Assembly: GCA_965202745.1 (NCBI GenBank)
Contig: CBDBCB010000012.1
Location: 90,583 to 154,582, forward strand
DNA length: 64,000 nucleotides
From: Alphaproteobacteria bacterium
Lineage (GTDB): Bacteria > Pseudomonadota > Alphaproteobacteria > Bin95
Direction: 5' to 3'
Numbering within the stretch: position 1 is the stretch's first letter; each line of letters starts with the position of its first letter. This document shows positions 8,799-20,354 of the stretch, piece by piece. A program made the position numbers and the translations under genes. The notes under the pieces were generated by a model, which saw only the letters and a program-made list of their open reading frames with translations, had not been told where the DNA came from and made no database searches.

Positions 8799-11700
8799 AT
8801 GGCGCTGACGATCGACGTTACCGGCACGGGGCTGGACGCTGGCCCGGATTACCAGACCAACACCGGACAATTGCCCCCGTCTGTTACCGTCGTCGATGAC
8901 GGCGACCGCTTCGGCTTTGATATTTCCGATACCACCAAAGTCACTTTGCCCGAAGCCGCCCTGACGGATTCCTACTTCAACAGCAACGCCTTCTCTGCAT
9001 CGCTGTCGTGATGGCGCGGCCAGTTCCGGGCAGCTATTCCGCATTCACTCAAGCCTGCATGTTTCCGTGAACAGCGCCGGCGCGTTCCGCGTTGACTTCA
9101 CCAATGACTCCAACGTCCGCTCCACCCTGAACAGCAGCGCCACTTCCGCCCTGGACGGCAACTGGCACGACCTTCTCATCTCTTATGATGGCAGCCAGGG
9201 AACGTTCGAAATTTCGCTCGACAATGCCTTGCTGGTCAGCAGGACCGCCAGCGGCGACACGAAAAGCGGCGGACAATGGGGTCTGAATTTCGGCAGCGCC
9301 TGGGGTGCCACCGCCTTTGACGGGCTGATCGATGACGTCCGGGTCGAAAACACGGCATTACAGATTGTCTCCCCGCCTCCTCCGCCGGCGCCGCTGACCA
9401 CGGTTTCGATCGACTTCACTGGCCCCGGCACCCCGCCGGGACTGACGCTAATCGGCGACGCCCATATCAGCGCGGGCGGCACACTGCAATTGGATGGCGC
9501 GGGCGACTTCGCCTTCCTGGCGGCATCGCCGACATGGTCCAACCCTACCTATCTCTCTGCCAGCATCGACTTCCGCTTCGACGACCCGAACGACCTTGCC
9601 TACGCCCGGCCGCTCTACAATGACGGCATCTTTGGCTTTGATGCCAAGGGCAATGCGCTCAACGCCATGGTGATGACTGAGACCGGCAAGCAGAACATTT
9701 ATATTGGCGGTATCGATTTCAGCGACCTGCAATGGCACAAGGTCGAGATGAGTATCGACGCTGACGCCAACCACCTGGTGATCATGGTTGACGATGAAAC
9801 CGTCGTTGACTGCACCAACCTGGACCTTGTGCTGCCCGCCTCCATTGACTCAACCAACGTCGGCGGAATTGGTTGGGGACGCTGGCTGCCGGGAGAAATC
9901 GACAATGTCAGCATCACCGCCGGCACCCGGCACGCCTACCAATCTGGCCCCGGCAGTCGGCAACGCTGACCCTGCAATCGGCTCCAATACCGGTGCCTAC
10001 ACCAAGTTCAATCAATATGCGACGGCCCCCTTTATTGACCGGATGAAGGGCGCACACGAGTGGGATGGCGAATTCGCCCGCTACCTGCATTCCACCGGCT
10101 CCGTGCATGCCTTCCGCGATACGGATGTCTTCAGCGGCACGGGTGTGGTGGCCGACCTGACTTTCACGCCACAGACAATCCTCAGCATCGACCCGATCCT
10201 CTCGTTGTCACGGTTCGTCGACGGCTTGATTAATCAGGCCGAATATGTGGCGATTTTCGCTGACATCGACGCCCACTTTCAGATTCAAACCGGCATCAGC
10301 GGCAATTCAGAACTGGTCGGGCGGCTGCGCACCACCGATCCATTCGAGTTGATGGCGCGTTTCGACAGCGACATCGGCATGACCCTGGGCCAGTTGCGTG
10401 ATTCTGGTCAGGCTATCGTCACCTCCTATGACCGCTCGGCCGACTTCAGCGATCTGCAACTGGATAAAAACGGCTGGCCTATTCATCCGCCGGTCGATGT
10501 TGCTGGTGGGGAAGGCGAAGCGTCCAGCATCGTCATGTGGTACCCGGCAGAGGCGACCAACGCACCGGACAGCATTTATTCCGGCAATTTCTATCTGATT
10601 GCCGACGGCGAGGGCACGCTGGAGCTATTCCAGGGCGGCGGCGGCGTGCTGAATATGAACGGCATTCAGATCGATGGCCCGACCACGGTGCCGTTCTCCT
10701 ATACGCCGAACGGCTCGTTTGTCCGCCTGACGATTGCAAGTTCCGACCCCAACGATACAGGCGAATACATCCGCAACGCCCGCATCGTGCACGAAGACCA
10801 CATGGAACTGTTCGAGGCAGGGGAAATCTTCACGCCGGAATTCATTGAACTGCATCAGGACGACCGGGTTCTGCGCTGGATGGACGCCCAGGAAATCAAT
10901 GACAACCCCATCCATGCCGAAGGCGATTTCGCCGATGGGCCAGACCTAAACTACTATACGTTCAACCTCGGCACGGACGAGACCACACCCAACGGCTTCT
11001 CCATCGACGCCATTGTCGCCTTCTCCAACAAGACCGGTGTCGATCCCTGGATCAACATCCCGATCAACGCCTCCGACGCCTATGTTCAGGGCATGGCGGA
11101 ATACATCGAAGCCAATCTCGACCCCAAGCTGAAACTGCACCTGGAGCTTGGGAACGAGAACTGGAATCCCATTTTCGATACCTACCAATATGCCCGCACT
11201 GAATCGCTCGCAAAGTGGGACGAGCTGGAACTGCAAACCGACGGCTCCGGCAATTTCGTCCTCGACGGCAGTGGCGATCTGATCGTGCTGAACGACGGCT
11301 ATTTCTTCTCGTTCGACGATGCAGTGGCCAACGGCTACGCGACGCTCGACGATCTCACGACAGAGCTGAACCTTGGCCATGGGATCTATGCCGACTGGCG
11401 CGCGGCCGGCGAATGGACCACCATGCGGGCAACCCAGGTGGCGGAGATTTTCGACTCCGTCTTTACCGCCGCCGACCCGGCAACGGCTGATGCCAGGATC
11501 GAGCATATTATTGCCACCCAAGCCGTCAGCCCAGACACCTCCAGCGTCCTGCTTGCCCGTGCCCTCTGGCAGGAGACGGAGCCCGGCTCCTGGAGCGATC
11601 CGGCGGCCCAGTTTGAATCGCTCGCGGTAAACGCCTATTTCGGCGGCACAGCCGGGTCCCGGCACGGCGACCTGGTGGACTACTGGCTCGACACCATGAC

Positions 11701-13098
11701 CGCGCAGGAAGCCCAGGATATGCTGGTACGCCAACTCAGCGCCGGCCTGGACCCGAATCTGAACCTCATCGCCTTCAACGGTGGCCTGATCGATGGCGCT
11801 GGATTGGTCGATCCGAACCAGGTATCACCGGCGTCTCCTATAACGCGAACCTGATCGTCGATGTGTTCGATGCAATCTATTGGAACAATGATAGCGTCAA
11901 AGACGATATCGAGGGCGGCGTCGGCATCACGACCAACGCCGACATCCTAGTCGGGGCTGACGTCCACAACTATGTCCGCCTGATAACGGAGACCTCCGGC
12001 AATACCGCGTTGCAATTGCGCGTCGATCCCATCTCCGGCTCATTCGAAACCGTGCTGGAATATGACAGCCTCCTGTCCACGACCATCGACCAGATAATTG
12101 CCGAAGGCACGCTGTTCGTCCGGGCGACCAACAGCATGGCGGATACCATCAACAACGCCATCATCCCGCAAAAGGCGCTGGCCGACGCCGGCGGCCTGAA
12201 CCTGATCGCTTACGAGGGCAGGCAGCACCTGGCCGCTGCCTCTTGGGGGCCATTCGCCGCCAACCAGTCGAACACTGCCCTGACCGACCTGTTCTCGGAT
12301 GTGAACGCCGCGCCGGAGATGGGTGACCTCTACGCCCTGTTCTTCGACGCATGGCAGACTGCGGGCGGTGGCCTCTTCGCCCACTATGCCGACTATGGCG
12401 GCACCTCGATCTATGGCAGCTGTGGCACCATCGCCTATCTTGGAGAGCAGCACGAGGCGGGCACCGTTACGCCCAAGTTCGATGCCCTGCAAGCCTTGAA
12501 CACCACCGCCCCCTGGTGGACGGCAGACGCGCGCGACCCGGGCGCTTTCCTGCAAGGCATCACCGAGATCGGCACCGCCGGCGACGACACGCTTGTCGGC
12601 ACCGTCGAAGAAGACCTGCTCATCGGCCTGGATGGCAACGACAGCCTGACCGGTGGCCCAGGCGATGACAGCCTGTCCGGCGGCGCGGGCACCAACATTG
12701 TCGATGCGGGCGATGACCTCATCCTGCTGGCCAGCACGGCCGACACGATCGACGGCGGCGCAGGGTTCGACATGGTCAAGCTGGCAGGCGGCCTGACTGC
12801 ACTGGACCTGGCTGCCCTGAACGCCACTAACGTTGAAGCGCTCGATCTTCGCGACGCCGCGCATTCGGATCTAACGCTCAGCGCCAGCGATGTCTTTGCC
12901 TTCTCGCCGACCTTCAGCCTGACGGTGTTTGTATAAACCGACGATACGCTCCTGTTGACTGGTTTCAGCCATCAAAGCAGTACACCCGACGGCGGGGGCA
13001 GTGTTCACGTTTATGACGGTACCGTTTCTAGCGAAATCGTGTCTCTAACTGTAATCACCGACAACCATCTGGCAGCAGATATACAAATGTTCCCATAA
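8799..13098 (+). pseudogene. Large secreted LamG + glycoside-hydrolase-like + RTX Ca-binding protein, 3 frameshifts and 1 stop
   Basis: AAGGAG RBS and ATG 8799. Two LamG-like domains (DGNWHDL..FDGLIDDVRV; DLQWHKV..GEIDNVSI), a TIM-barrel-like core (LRWMD, DPWINIP, ELGNENWN, IAYEGRQHL) and GGxGxD repeats. Breaks near 9010, 9930, 11825 and a TAA at 12934. Confidence 0.75.
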
Positions 13099-13370
13099 GC
13101 GATTGGTTAAATTCCCGTCGTTGGAACCTGCACAAAGCAAAATGAATGTGCACGTGGTATTGTTCAGATGGTCGCCAACCCGGCTGCCATTTGGCCGGCA
13201 CCCGGCCTTTTTAATGTCCCGTCTGGGGAGTATTTGGATGCTCCCCTTTTGGGCTAATCAACCTGGCGGATACTCTCGCGCTTTTAAAATCTGCATACTT
13301 GGGTTAATTGATCATCTGCACGAATAGCGCCGCGCCGATAGAAAAACAAACGGCGCAGATAGGAGATGGA

Positions 13371-14286
13371 ATGAGAAACTGGCCACCCGCATTGCGCGTG
13401 GGGTTTGGAGCGAGCCTTGCCGCAATCGGCATCGCATGCGTTCTGACAGTGGATCTTGCCATAGCCGCGAACGCCACCGTCAAGCCCCCTAACACCGCTC
13501 AGGCACGGACGGTTAACTGCTACAATCAGGCTGCCAATATCCTCTCCACCGTCGGGCAGGCTGCGTGCAAATACCAGATCATTTCCGCCGACCAGGCGAA
13601 TGCCATCCAGGAGGAGCGGCGCTCGTATATCCGGCGTTCCATGCGCAACGCCCACCCCAGTCCGAGCAAGAGCAATGTCAGCTCATTCGGCTCCGGGTTT
13701 TTCGTTCATCCGGCGGGCTATGCGGTCACCAACAACCAGGTTACCGACCGCTATCGTCAAATCTCGCTGCTGACCAGTGACGGCTCGTCGGTTCCGGCCA
13801 CCTTGGTCGCCTCCTCATCGCGGGAGGATCTGACCCTGCTGAAGACCAGCACGTCCCGCAAAGCCTTTGCTACCATCAAAAAAAGCCCGGCTCGCCAAAG
13901 GCACAACGCTGGAGGTGATCGGCTTTCCAGTGCGCAAATTGCCCAGGCGTGAGCCCAAATCGGTCAAAGGCACCTTCGTTGGCGAGCGCCCGTTGGAAAG
14001 CGGCGGCGGTGTGTTGAAAATCGACGTGCAGGTCTGGCAGGGCTCCAGCGGCAGCCCGGTCATTGACCGGCAAGGCGATGTTGTCGGCATGATCTTTGCC
14101 AAAGCCAACATCCCTGCCATCTTTCAGAAGACCGGCCGGTCCGCAAACGACCGGGCCTATGCCATGCCGTCGCGCGTGCTCTCCGCCTTCCTCAAACGGA
14201 AAAAGGTGGAGCCGCGGCGTCCCGCCAACAGCAAGGCTCCAGCATCACCCGGCGACTACCTGGTCCGGGTCGACTGCTTCCACTGA
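13371..14286 (+). pseudogene. Trypsin-like (S1C) serine protease, frameshifted
   Basis: GSGFFV, TNNQV (catalytic His replaced by Gln), DLTLLK and QGSSGSPV. Frameshift in the A-run at about 13878-13884. Confidence 0.8.
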
Positions 14287-14400
14287 AGCCGGCAACACCG
14301 CTCTCAATTTCTTGCGCCGATGTTAATCGAATTGTCACGAATTTCGGTGATAGTCCGTTAATTGCAGCCAGCCGGAAAACCGGCGCTAGAGAGAGCTTAA

Positions 14401-14729
14401 ATGGAACCGTCTTACCTATCCCAACCCGACCTTTCGTCCGTCCCCGCCTCCGCCCACCGCTGGGCGTTGTTTCTGGATTTCGATTCGTGCTTTGCCACTG
14501 CAGGCCTGGAGGGCATGTCCGTCGCCGTTTCGCCCGAAACCCGCTACACCCTCATTCGATTATTCATGCGTTCGGCGGTGCCGTGGTTCTGCTGACCGGC
14601 CGCTCCCTGCTGGAAGTGGATCGGCTGGTTGGACTGCCGGACCTACCGGTCGCAGCCGGCAATGGCCGGGAACTGCGCTCGCTCCGGAAAAGCGCTGCGG
14701 CTTCCGTCTTCGCCGGCGAAGGCGGTTAG
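14401..14729 (+). pseudogene. otsB: Trehalose-6-phosphate phosphatase (OtsB-like HAD) N-terminal remnant
   Basis: WALFLDFD, then a frameshift, then FGGAVVLLTGRSLLEVDRLVGLPDLPVAAGNGRE. C-terminal half is absent. Confidence 0.6.
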
Positions 14730-14764
14730 ATCGCCTGGGCCAGCGCTGGCCCTGCGGAAGCCGC

Positions 14765-15227
14765 ACTCCGCGACTCTATACGGGCGGACGAGCCATACCT
14801 GCCGGCGGAAAGCATGCTGGCAGCCTCCGCCCTCAGCCGCATTTATGCGCCACTGGCCCCGAACGCGCCGGCCATTTCTGTCCCCGAAGTACCCGCTCGC
14901 CAATCATCCGACCCAATCGCAGCAGAGGCCATGCAACTCTGCACGCAAATGCTGGGCCGGTACACCGGCGACGCCGTGCTGATGACCGGTGCCCGCGGCG
15001 GGCTCTATCTTGCCAGCGACGCGCTGCAAACGTGGGGCAGCGCTCTCAACGCCAGTCTGTTCTATGAAAGCTTCCTGGAAAAAGGGCAGTTCCGGCCCTA
15101 TATAGAACAGGTACCAGTTAACCTGATCACCGCACCGAACCCCGCTTTCACCGGCCTTTCCGCGCTTCTTTCGCCCGCCGTGCCGGAGGCCGGACCGGGA
15201 GCCGCGGCACCTGGACGGCTTGCCTGA
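14765..15227 (+). pseudogene. glk: Glucokinase C-terminal remnant
   Basis: DPIAAEAMQL..MLGRYTGDAVLMTGARGGLYLA..FLEKGQFRPYIEQVPVNLITAPNPAFTG. No N-terminal ATP-binding domain. Confidence 0.65.
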
Positions 15228-15283
15228 ATTTTCTCGCCGCGGCATCACCGCCGCATTGATGAAGCCAATAGGATACAGACGCC

Positions 15284-16474
15284 ATGCCAGCTTTTAACAC
15301 CCTCGATGACCTGGAAGTCACCGGCAAGCGCGTGTTGGTGCGCCTCGACCTGAACGTGCCTATGGCTGACGGCCAGGTCTCCGACATGACCCGGATCGAG
15401 CGCTCGGCCCCCACCGTGCGGGAGCTGGCGGAAAAAGGGGCGAAAGTCGTTGTTCTGGCCCATTTTAGCCGCCCTAAAGGCAAGCCCAATGCTGAGCTGA
15501 GCCTGGCTCCTATCGCTACCGCCTTTGCCTCGGTCCTGGAGCAGGACGTCGCCTTCGCACCGGATTGCGTCGGCGCCGCCGCCGTTGTGGAAGGTCTCTC
15601 CAATGGCGGCGTTGCCCTGCTCGAAAACGTGCGCTTCCACGCGGGGGAAGAGAAAAACAACCCGGCCTTCATCGCCAAGCTCGCCGCGCTGGGCGACATC
15701 TACATTAACGATGCGTTCTCCGCCGCTCACCGCGCCCACGCCTCCACCGAAGGCCTGGCCCACGCGCTGCCGTCTGCGGCTGGCCGCCTGATGGAAGCCG
15801 AACTGGTAGCGCTCGATTCCGCGCTGGGTGATCCGGCCCGGCCTGTTGCCGCGCTGGTCAGCGGCGCGAAGGTCTCCAGCAAGCTCGACGTGCTCACCAA
15901 CCTGATGGAGAAAGTCGACACGCTGATCATCGGCGGCGGCATGGCAAACACGTTCCTCTATGCCCAAGGCAAGGAAATCGGCACCAGCCTCTGCGAGAAA
16001 GATCTGGCAGACACCGCGCGTCAGATCATGGCAAAGGCCGCAGCGAGCGGCTGCACCATCCTGCTGCCCAAGGACGTAACCATCGCCCGCGAGTTCAAGG
16101 CCGGCGCCGCATCCGAAGTCGTCTCCGCAGACGCCTGCCCCAGCGATGCAATGATCCTGGACATCGGACTCGACGCGATTGAGGAACTGGAAGCCCGTCT
16201 GGCGGAAACCAAAACCCTGGTTTGGAACGGCCCCATAGGCGCGTTCGAGATCAAGCCGTTCGACCGTGGCACCAATGCCGTGGCGCAAGCCGCCGCGGCA
16301 GCAACCCGCGCAGGCAATATGGTGACGGTTGCGGGTGGTGGCGACACCGTCGCGGCGCTGGCCAAGGCGGGTGTGGTCGATCAGTTTTCCTATGTCTCGA
16401 CCGCAGGCGGTGCTTTCCTGGAGTGGCTTGAGGGCAAGGAACTGCCCGGTGTCGCGGCACTGACCAAGGACTAA
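15284..16474 (+). CDS. pgk: Phosphoglycerate kinase
   Basis: [44 protein letters not shown] and [14 protein letters not shown]. Note HFSRP and VSGAK where G is usual. Confidence 0.95.
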   Translation: MPAFNTLDDLEVTGKRVLVRLDLNVPMADGQVSDMTRIERSAPTVRELAEKGAKVVVLAHFSRPKGKPNAELSLAPIATAFASVLEQDVAFAPDCVGAAAVVEGLSNGGVALLENVRFHAGEEKNNPAFIAKLAALGDIYINDAFSAAHRAHASTEGLAHALPSAAGRLMEAELVALDSALGDPARPVAALVSGAKVSSKLDVLTNLMEKVDTLIIGGGMANTFLYAQGKEIGTSLCEKDLADTARQIMAKAAASGCTILLPKDVTIAREFKAGAASEVVSADACPSDAMILDIGLDAIEELEARLAETKTLVWNGPIGAFEIKPFDRGTNAVAQAAAAATRAGNMVTVAGGGDTVAALAKAGVVDQFSYVSTAGGAFLEWLEGKELPGVAALTKD

Positions 16475-16480
16475 GCCCGG

Positions 16481-16966
16481 ATGCCGCTCGGCAACGCTTC
16501 TGTGCAACGGGTCCAGGATGCGCTGACGGCCGCCGGTTCCAGCGCATCGGTCATCGCTTTGGCGGAGACCGCGCGCAGCGCCCAGGAAGCGGCGGACAGC
16601 ATTGGCTGTGAACTGGGCGCGATCGTCAAATCGCTTGTGTTTGCGGTGGATGGCAAGGCGGTCATGGCGCTGGTGGCGGGCGACAGGCGCTGCAACGAGA
16701 AGGCCCTGCCCTCCGCTCTCGGTCTTTCCGGTAAAGCAAAGCGCGCCTCAGCCGAACTGGTGCGGCAGGCAACCGGCTACGCCATCGGCGGCGTCTCTCC
16801 CATCGGCCACCCGGCCCCGCTTCCCCTGGTGATTGACGCTAGCCTCAGCCGTTTCGAATCGATCTACGCCGCGGCGGGTCATCCCCATTGCGTCTTCCGC
16901 ACCACGCCCGACGAACTCCAGCGTCTGACAGGCGGTGCGGTCTCGGAAAGCATCGGCTTGGCGTAA
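16481..16966 (+). CDS. YbaK/EbsC aminoacyl-tRNA editing family protein
   Basis: AIVKSLVF, ATGYAIGGVSPIG and AAAG motifs. Confidence 0.9.
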   Translation: MPLGNASVQRVQDALTAAGSSASVIALAETARSAQEAADSIGCELGAIVKSLVFAVDGKAVMALVAGDRRCNEKALPSALGLSGKAKRASAELVRQATGYAIGGVSPIGHPAPLPLVIDASLSRFESIYAAAGHPHCVFRTTPDELQRLTGGAVSESIGLA

Positions 16967-17028
16967 CACGCTGGTCTGCGTTATCAAGCAGCACGACCGA
17001 CAATATCCAACAGAGGACCAAGCGCCCG

Positions 17029-18219
17029 ATGTCTGCCACAGCCACCACCGGCCCGCCGCTTTCCAAGTACAAAGTGCTCGACCTGACCCGCGTACGTGCG
17101 GGACCGACCTGCGTGCGCCAGCTGGCTGATTGGGGTGCGGACGTGATCAAGGTGGAGGCTCCGGCGGATGGCAAGGAAAGTCTGGGCGGCGCGCGCGACG
17201 GCTCCGACTTCCAGAACCTGCACCGCAACAAACGCTCCCTCACCCTGAACCTGAAAGAGCCGGAAGCGCTCGAAGTGTTCATGAAGCTGGTGAAGGAAGC
17301 TGACGTGGTGGTGGAAAACTACCGCGCCGACGTGAAGTACCGCCTCGGCATCGACTATGACAGCCTCGCCAAGGTGAATGCCGGCATCATCCTGGGCTCG
17401 ATCAGCGGCTTCGGTGAGGACGGCCCCTACCGCGACCGTCCGGGCTTCGACCAGATCGCCCAGGGCATGGGCGGCATCATGTCGATCACCGGCGAAGTTG
17501 GCAGCGGCCCGATGCGCGCCGGCATTCCGATTGCCTACCTCTGCGCCGGCATGTTCTGCGCCCAGGGCATCCTGCTGGCGCTGCTGGAGCACGAGACTTC
17601 CGGCAAGGGCCAGTGGGTGACCACCAGCCTGTTGCAGGCGCAGATCCAGATGCTGGACTTCCAGGCAGCCCGCTACCTGAAAGAGGGCGAAGTGCCGGTC
17701 TCCGCCGGTAATGACCACCCGACCAGCATCCCGACCGGTGTGTTCCCAACCTCAGACGGCCATATCAACATCGCGGTCGCTGGTGGCCCGATCTACGAGC
17801 GGTTCTGCAAGGCCATCGGCCACGAGGAGTGGATGACGGACGAGCGCTTCGACACCGCGCCGAAACGCTCCAAGAACCGCAAGGATATGAACGCCGTCAT
17901 CGCTGAGGTCACCCAGCACAAGTCCAGCCAGTACTGGGTGGAATTGTTTGAGGAAAAAGGCGTACCCTGCGGCCCCATCTACAACATGGAGCAGCTGTTC
18001 GCCGATCCGCAGGTCAAGCACCTGGAGATGGCGACCCCCGTCAAACACCCGCGCATGGGCGAGTTCGGCGTCGTAAACCAGGCGATCCGCCTGTCGCGCA
18101 CGCCACACCAGATCCGCACCGCGACCCCGGAACAGGGCGAGCATACGGACGAGATTCTGGAGCAACTCGGCTACGACGCCGCTGCTATCAAGGCCATGCA
18201 CGACAAAGGCGCGGTTTAA
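17029..18219 (+). CDS. Class III CoA-transferase (CaiB/BaiF family)
   Basis: VLDLTRVRAGP, LADWGADVIKVE, RNKRS, ENYR, SISGFG and GEHTDEIL. Expected catalytic Asp position reads Tyr (PIAYLCAG). Confidence 0.9.
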   Translation: MSATATTGPPLSKYKVLDLTRVRAGPTCVRQLADWGADVIKVEAPADGKESLGGARDGSDFQNLHRNKRSLTLNLKEPEALEVFMKLVKEADVVVENYRADVKYRLGIDYDSLAKVNAGIILGSISGFGEDGPYRDRPGFDQIAQGMGGIMSITGEVGSGPMRAGIPIAYLCAGMFCAQGILLALLEHETSGKGQWVTTSLLQAQIQMLDFQAARYLKEGEVPVSAGNDHPTSIPTGVFPTSDGHINIAVAGGPIYERFCKAIGHEEWMTDERFDTAPKRSKNRKDMNAVIAEVTQHKSSQYWVELFEEKGVPCGPIYNMEQLFADPQVKHLEMATPVKHPRMGEFGVVNQAIRLSRTPHQIRTATPEQGEHTDEILEQLGYDAAAIKAMHDKGAV

Positions 18220-18230
18220 AGCGTGTTCCG

Positions 18231-18350
18231 GCCTTCGCCCTTCGACAGGCTCGGGGTGAAGGCCTTTTTTGTATCCTGGGCGCGGCACCGCGGAGACGCT
18301 GCACTTTACCGACAGCAACCTTCACCCTGAGCCTGTCGAAAGGCGAAGGC
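18231..18350. repeat. REP-like inverted doublet (CCCTTCGACAGGCTCAGGGTGA family)
   Basis: 32-bp arms at 18231-18262 and 18319-18350 are near-perfect reverse complements. Confidence 0.85.
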
Positions 18351-18400
18351 TGCGGAAGCAGACAACCCCGGGCGCTTGCCGGGGTTAAGGAGCAATACCC

Positions 18401-19204
18401 GTGACCACCACTGAATACGCAGACGGCAAGATGATTGCCGAAGTCCGCGACGGCATCGGCTGGATGATCTTCAACCAGCCCCAAAAGCGCAACGCCATGA
18501 CCTTCACCATGTGGGAGGCGATCCCGCCGATTATGGAGAACTTCCAGAAGAACCCAGACGTGCGCGTGGCGGTGATGAAAGGCGCAGGCGACAAGGCCTT
18601 CGTCTCGGGCGCGGATATTTCTGAGTTCGAGAGCATGCGCGCCTCGCCCGAACAGACGCGGGAATACGACCTCTCCGGCGACCGGGCACACGAGGCCATG
18701 GGCGGATTCGAGAAACCCCTGATCGCACAAATCCAAGGCTGGTGCATGGGCGGTGGTGCTGCGATCTCGCTCGATGCCGACATCCGCATCTGCTCGGATG
18801 ATAGCAATTTCGGCGTACCGGCGGCCAAGCTCGGCGTCGGCTACGGCTATGACGGCATCCGCACCCTGGTGGACCTGGTCGGCCCGACCTTTGCCAAGGA
18901 AATCTTCTTCCTGGGCAAGCCGTTCACGGCGGAAGACGCCCGCATCATGGGGCTGGTCAACCGGGTCGTGCCGGTGGATCAGTTGGAAGTGGCGGTCTTG
19001 GACTACTGCAACATCATCAAGAACAACGCGCCGATGACCATCAAAGCCGCCAAGGCAGCGATCAACGCTTCGGTCCAGGATGAAAGCCAGCGCAAACTTG
19101 ATGCCGTGGCCGAGATGGTCGAAGCCTGCTTCGCCAGCAACGACTACACCGAGGGCTACACCGCATTCATGGAGAAGCGCAAAGCGCAGTTCCAGGGGCG
19201 GTAG
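18401..19204 (+). CDS. Enoyl-CoA hydratase/crotonase family protein
   Basis: KAFVSGADISEF, CMGGG, PAAKLGVGY and AFMEKRKAQFQGR motifs. AAGGAG RBS. Confidence 0.92.
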   Translation: MTTTEYADGKMIAEVRDGIGWMIFNQPQKRNAMTFTMWEAIPPIMENFQKNPDVRVAVMKGAGDKAFVSGADISEFESMRASPEQTREYDLSGDRAHEAMGGFEKPLIAQIQGWCMGGGAAISLDADIRICSDDSNFGVPAAKLGVGYGYDGIRTLVDLVGPTFAKEIFFLGKPFTAEDARIMGLVNRVVPVDQLEVAVLDYCNIIKNNAPMTIKAAKAAINASVQDESQRKLDAVAEMVEACFASNDYTEGYTAFMEKRKAQFQGR

Positions 19205-19211
19205 GCACGTG

Positions 19212-20189
19212 GTGAATGGGCAGGCGCATGAGAGCAGGGTCCGCATTGACCTGACCGCGGTCGTTGTCGCGGTCGATGAGGGCCAGCCTTATGTGCTGAA
19301 CGTCGATACACCTGCCACACCAGGCACGGCGCTGCCCGCGGGGCCGTTGGTCTCCGGCCACCGTACGCTCCAGGCCGGTCTCCGCTCCTGGGTGGAAGCG
19401 CAAACCAAGTGCCGCTTGGAGTATGTCGAGCAGCTTTACACGTTTGGCGACCGCACCTCGCCCCTGACTGGCAGCGGCGAGGGTGTAGACCACCGCGCGG
19501 TCTCTATCGCCTACCTCGCGTTGGTCGCGATGAGCGCTGAACAACTGGAGATGCAGGCGCACTGGGTATCCTGGTACGCGCTTTTCCCATGGGAAGACCG
19601 GCGGGAGGATGAACTGCCTCTGGTGCAGGAACTTCGCGACCGGCTGGTGGTCTGGGGCCGAGAGAACCGGGACCCGCGCGGCACCGATTGGGAAGAACGC
19701 GTCGATCTAATGTTCGGCACCGGCCGCGTTCCCTGGGACGAGGAGAGGGCGCTGGAACGTTACGAGATGCTCTACACCGCCGGACTGGTGGATGAGACCT
19801 TCCGTGACCGCGGCTACCCGCTGCCAACAACCCCAGGACTGACGTTTGGTCTGTCACTGACTGCCGACCACCGTCGTATCGCCGCCACCGCCATCAGCCG
19901 TCTGCGGGCCAAGATCAAATACCGCCCAGTGCTGTTTGAGTTGATGCCGCCAGAGTTTACGCTTTCGCAATTGCAGAAAACGGCGGAAGCCCTGTCCGGC
20001 ATCCCGCTGCACAAGCAGAATTTCCGGCGTCTGGTGGAGGGGCAGAATTTGGTGGAGGAAACCGGCGGCATCGCGACCGACACTGGTGGCCGCCCGGCGA
20101 AGCTGATGCATTTCCGTGAGGATGTACACCTGGAGCGCCCTGCCCCGGGTCTGCGCGTTAGTGCCAACCGACGCGCCGGTGCATCATAG
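19212..20189 (+). CDS. nadQ: NadQ (COG4111) Nudix-like/wHTH regulator of NAD synthesis
   Basis: LPAGPL..HRTLQAGLRSWV, YVEQLYTFGDR, FTLSQLQ..HKQNFRR and GGRPAKL. Immediately upstream of nadA. Confidence 0.85.
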   Translation: MNGQAHESRVRIDLTAVVVAVDEGQPYVLNVDTPATPGTALPAGPLVSGHRTLQAGLRSWVEAQTKCRLEYVEQLYTFGDRTSPLTGSGEGVDHRAVSIAYLALVAMSAEQLEMQAHWVSWYALFPWEDRREDELPLVQELRDRLVVWGRENRDPRGTDWEERVDLMFGTGRVPWDEERALERYEMLYTAGLVDETFRDRGYPLPTTPGLTFGLSLTADHRRIAATAISRLRAKIKYRPVLFELMPPEFTLSQLQKTAEALSGIPLHKQNFRRLVEGQNLVEETGGIATDTGGRPAKLMHFREDVHLERPAPGLRVSANRRAGAS

Positions 20190-20210
20190 GCACCCCGTCC
20201 CCAAGCCTTC

Positions 20211-20345
20211 TTTTTCTCATTAAGAGCAAATCTTTCTTGACAATTTGGTTACGCCACTTATTCTCATGCAGAGTATATGATCGAAGAGAGCATAAACAGC
20301 CTATCGGTCTGTTTTTTATCCTATTAATGCTCATTATGTGCAGAA
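20211..20345 (+). promoter_or_regulatory. nadA promoter with four NadQ-type operators
   Basis: TTATRCTC-N5-GAGYATAA-like palindromes at 20211, 20258, 20275 and 20325. TTGACA (20237) and TATTCT (20259) overlap them. Confidence 0.7.
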
Positions 20346-20354
20346 AGAGACGCC

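Noticed and set aside
8265-13100. tRNA-Thr-anchored integrative element
   Set aside because: No integrase, and I found no duplicated tRNA 3' end in the window.
15245-16507. Long antisense ORFs (for example opposite pgk, murA, SDR, ankyrin and DUF1640 genes)
   Set aside because: Typical shadow ORFs of high-GC coding sequence, without RBS or motifs.
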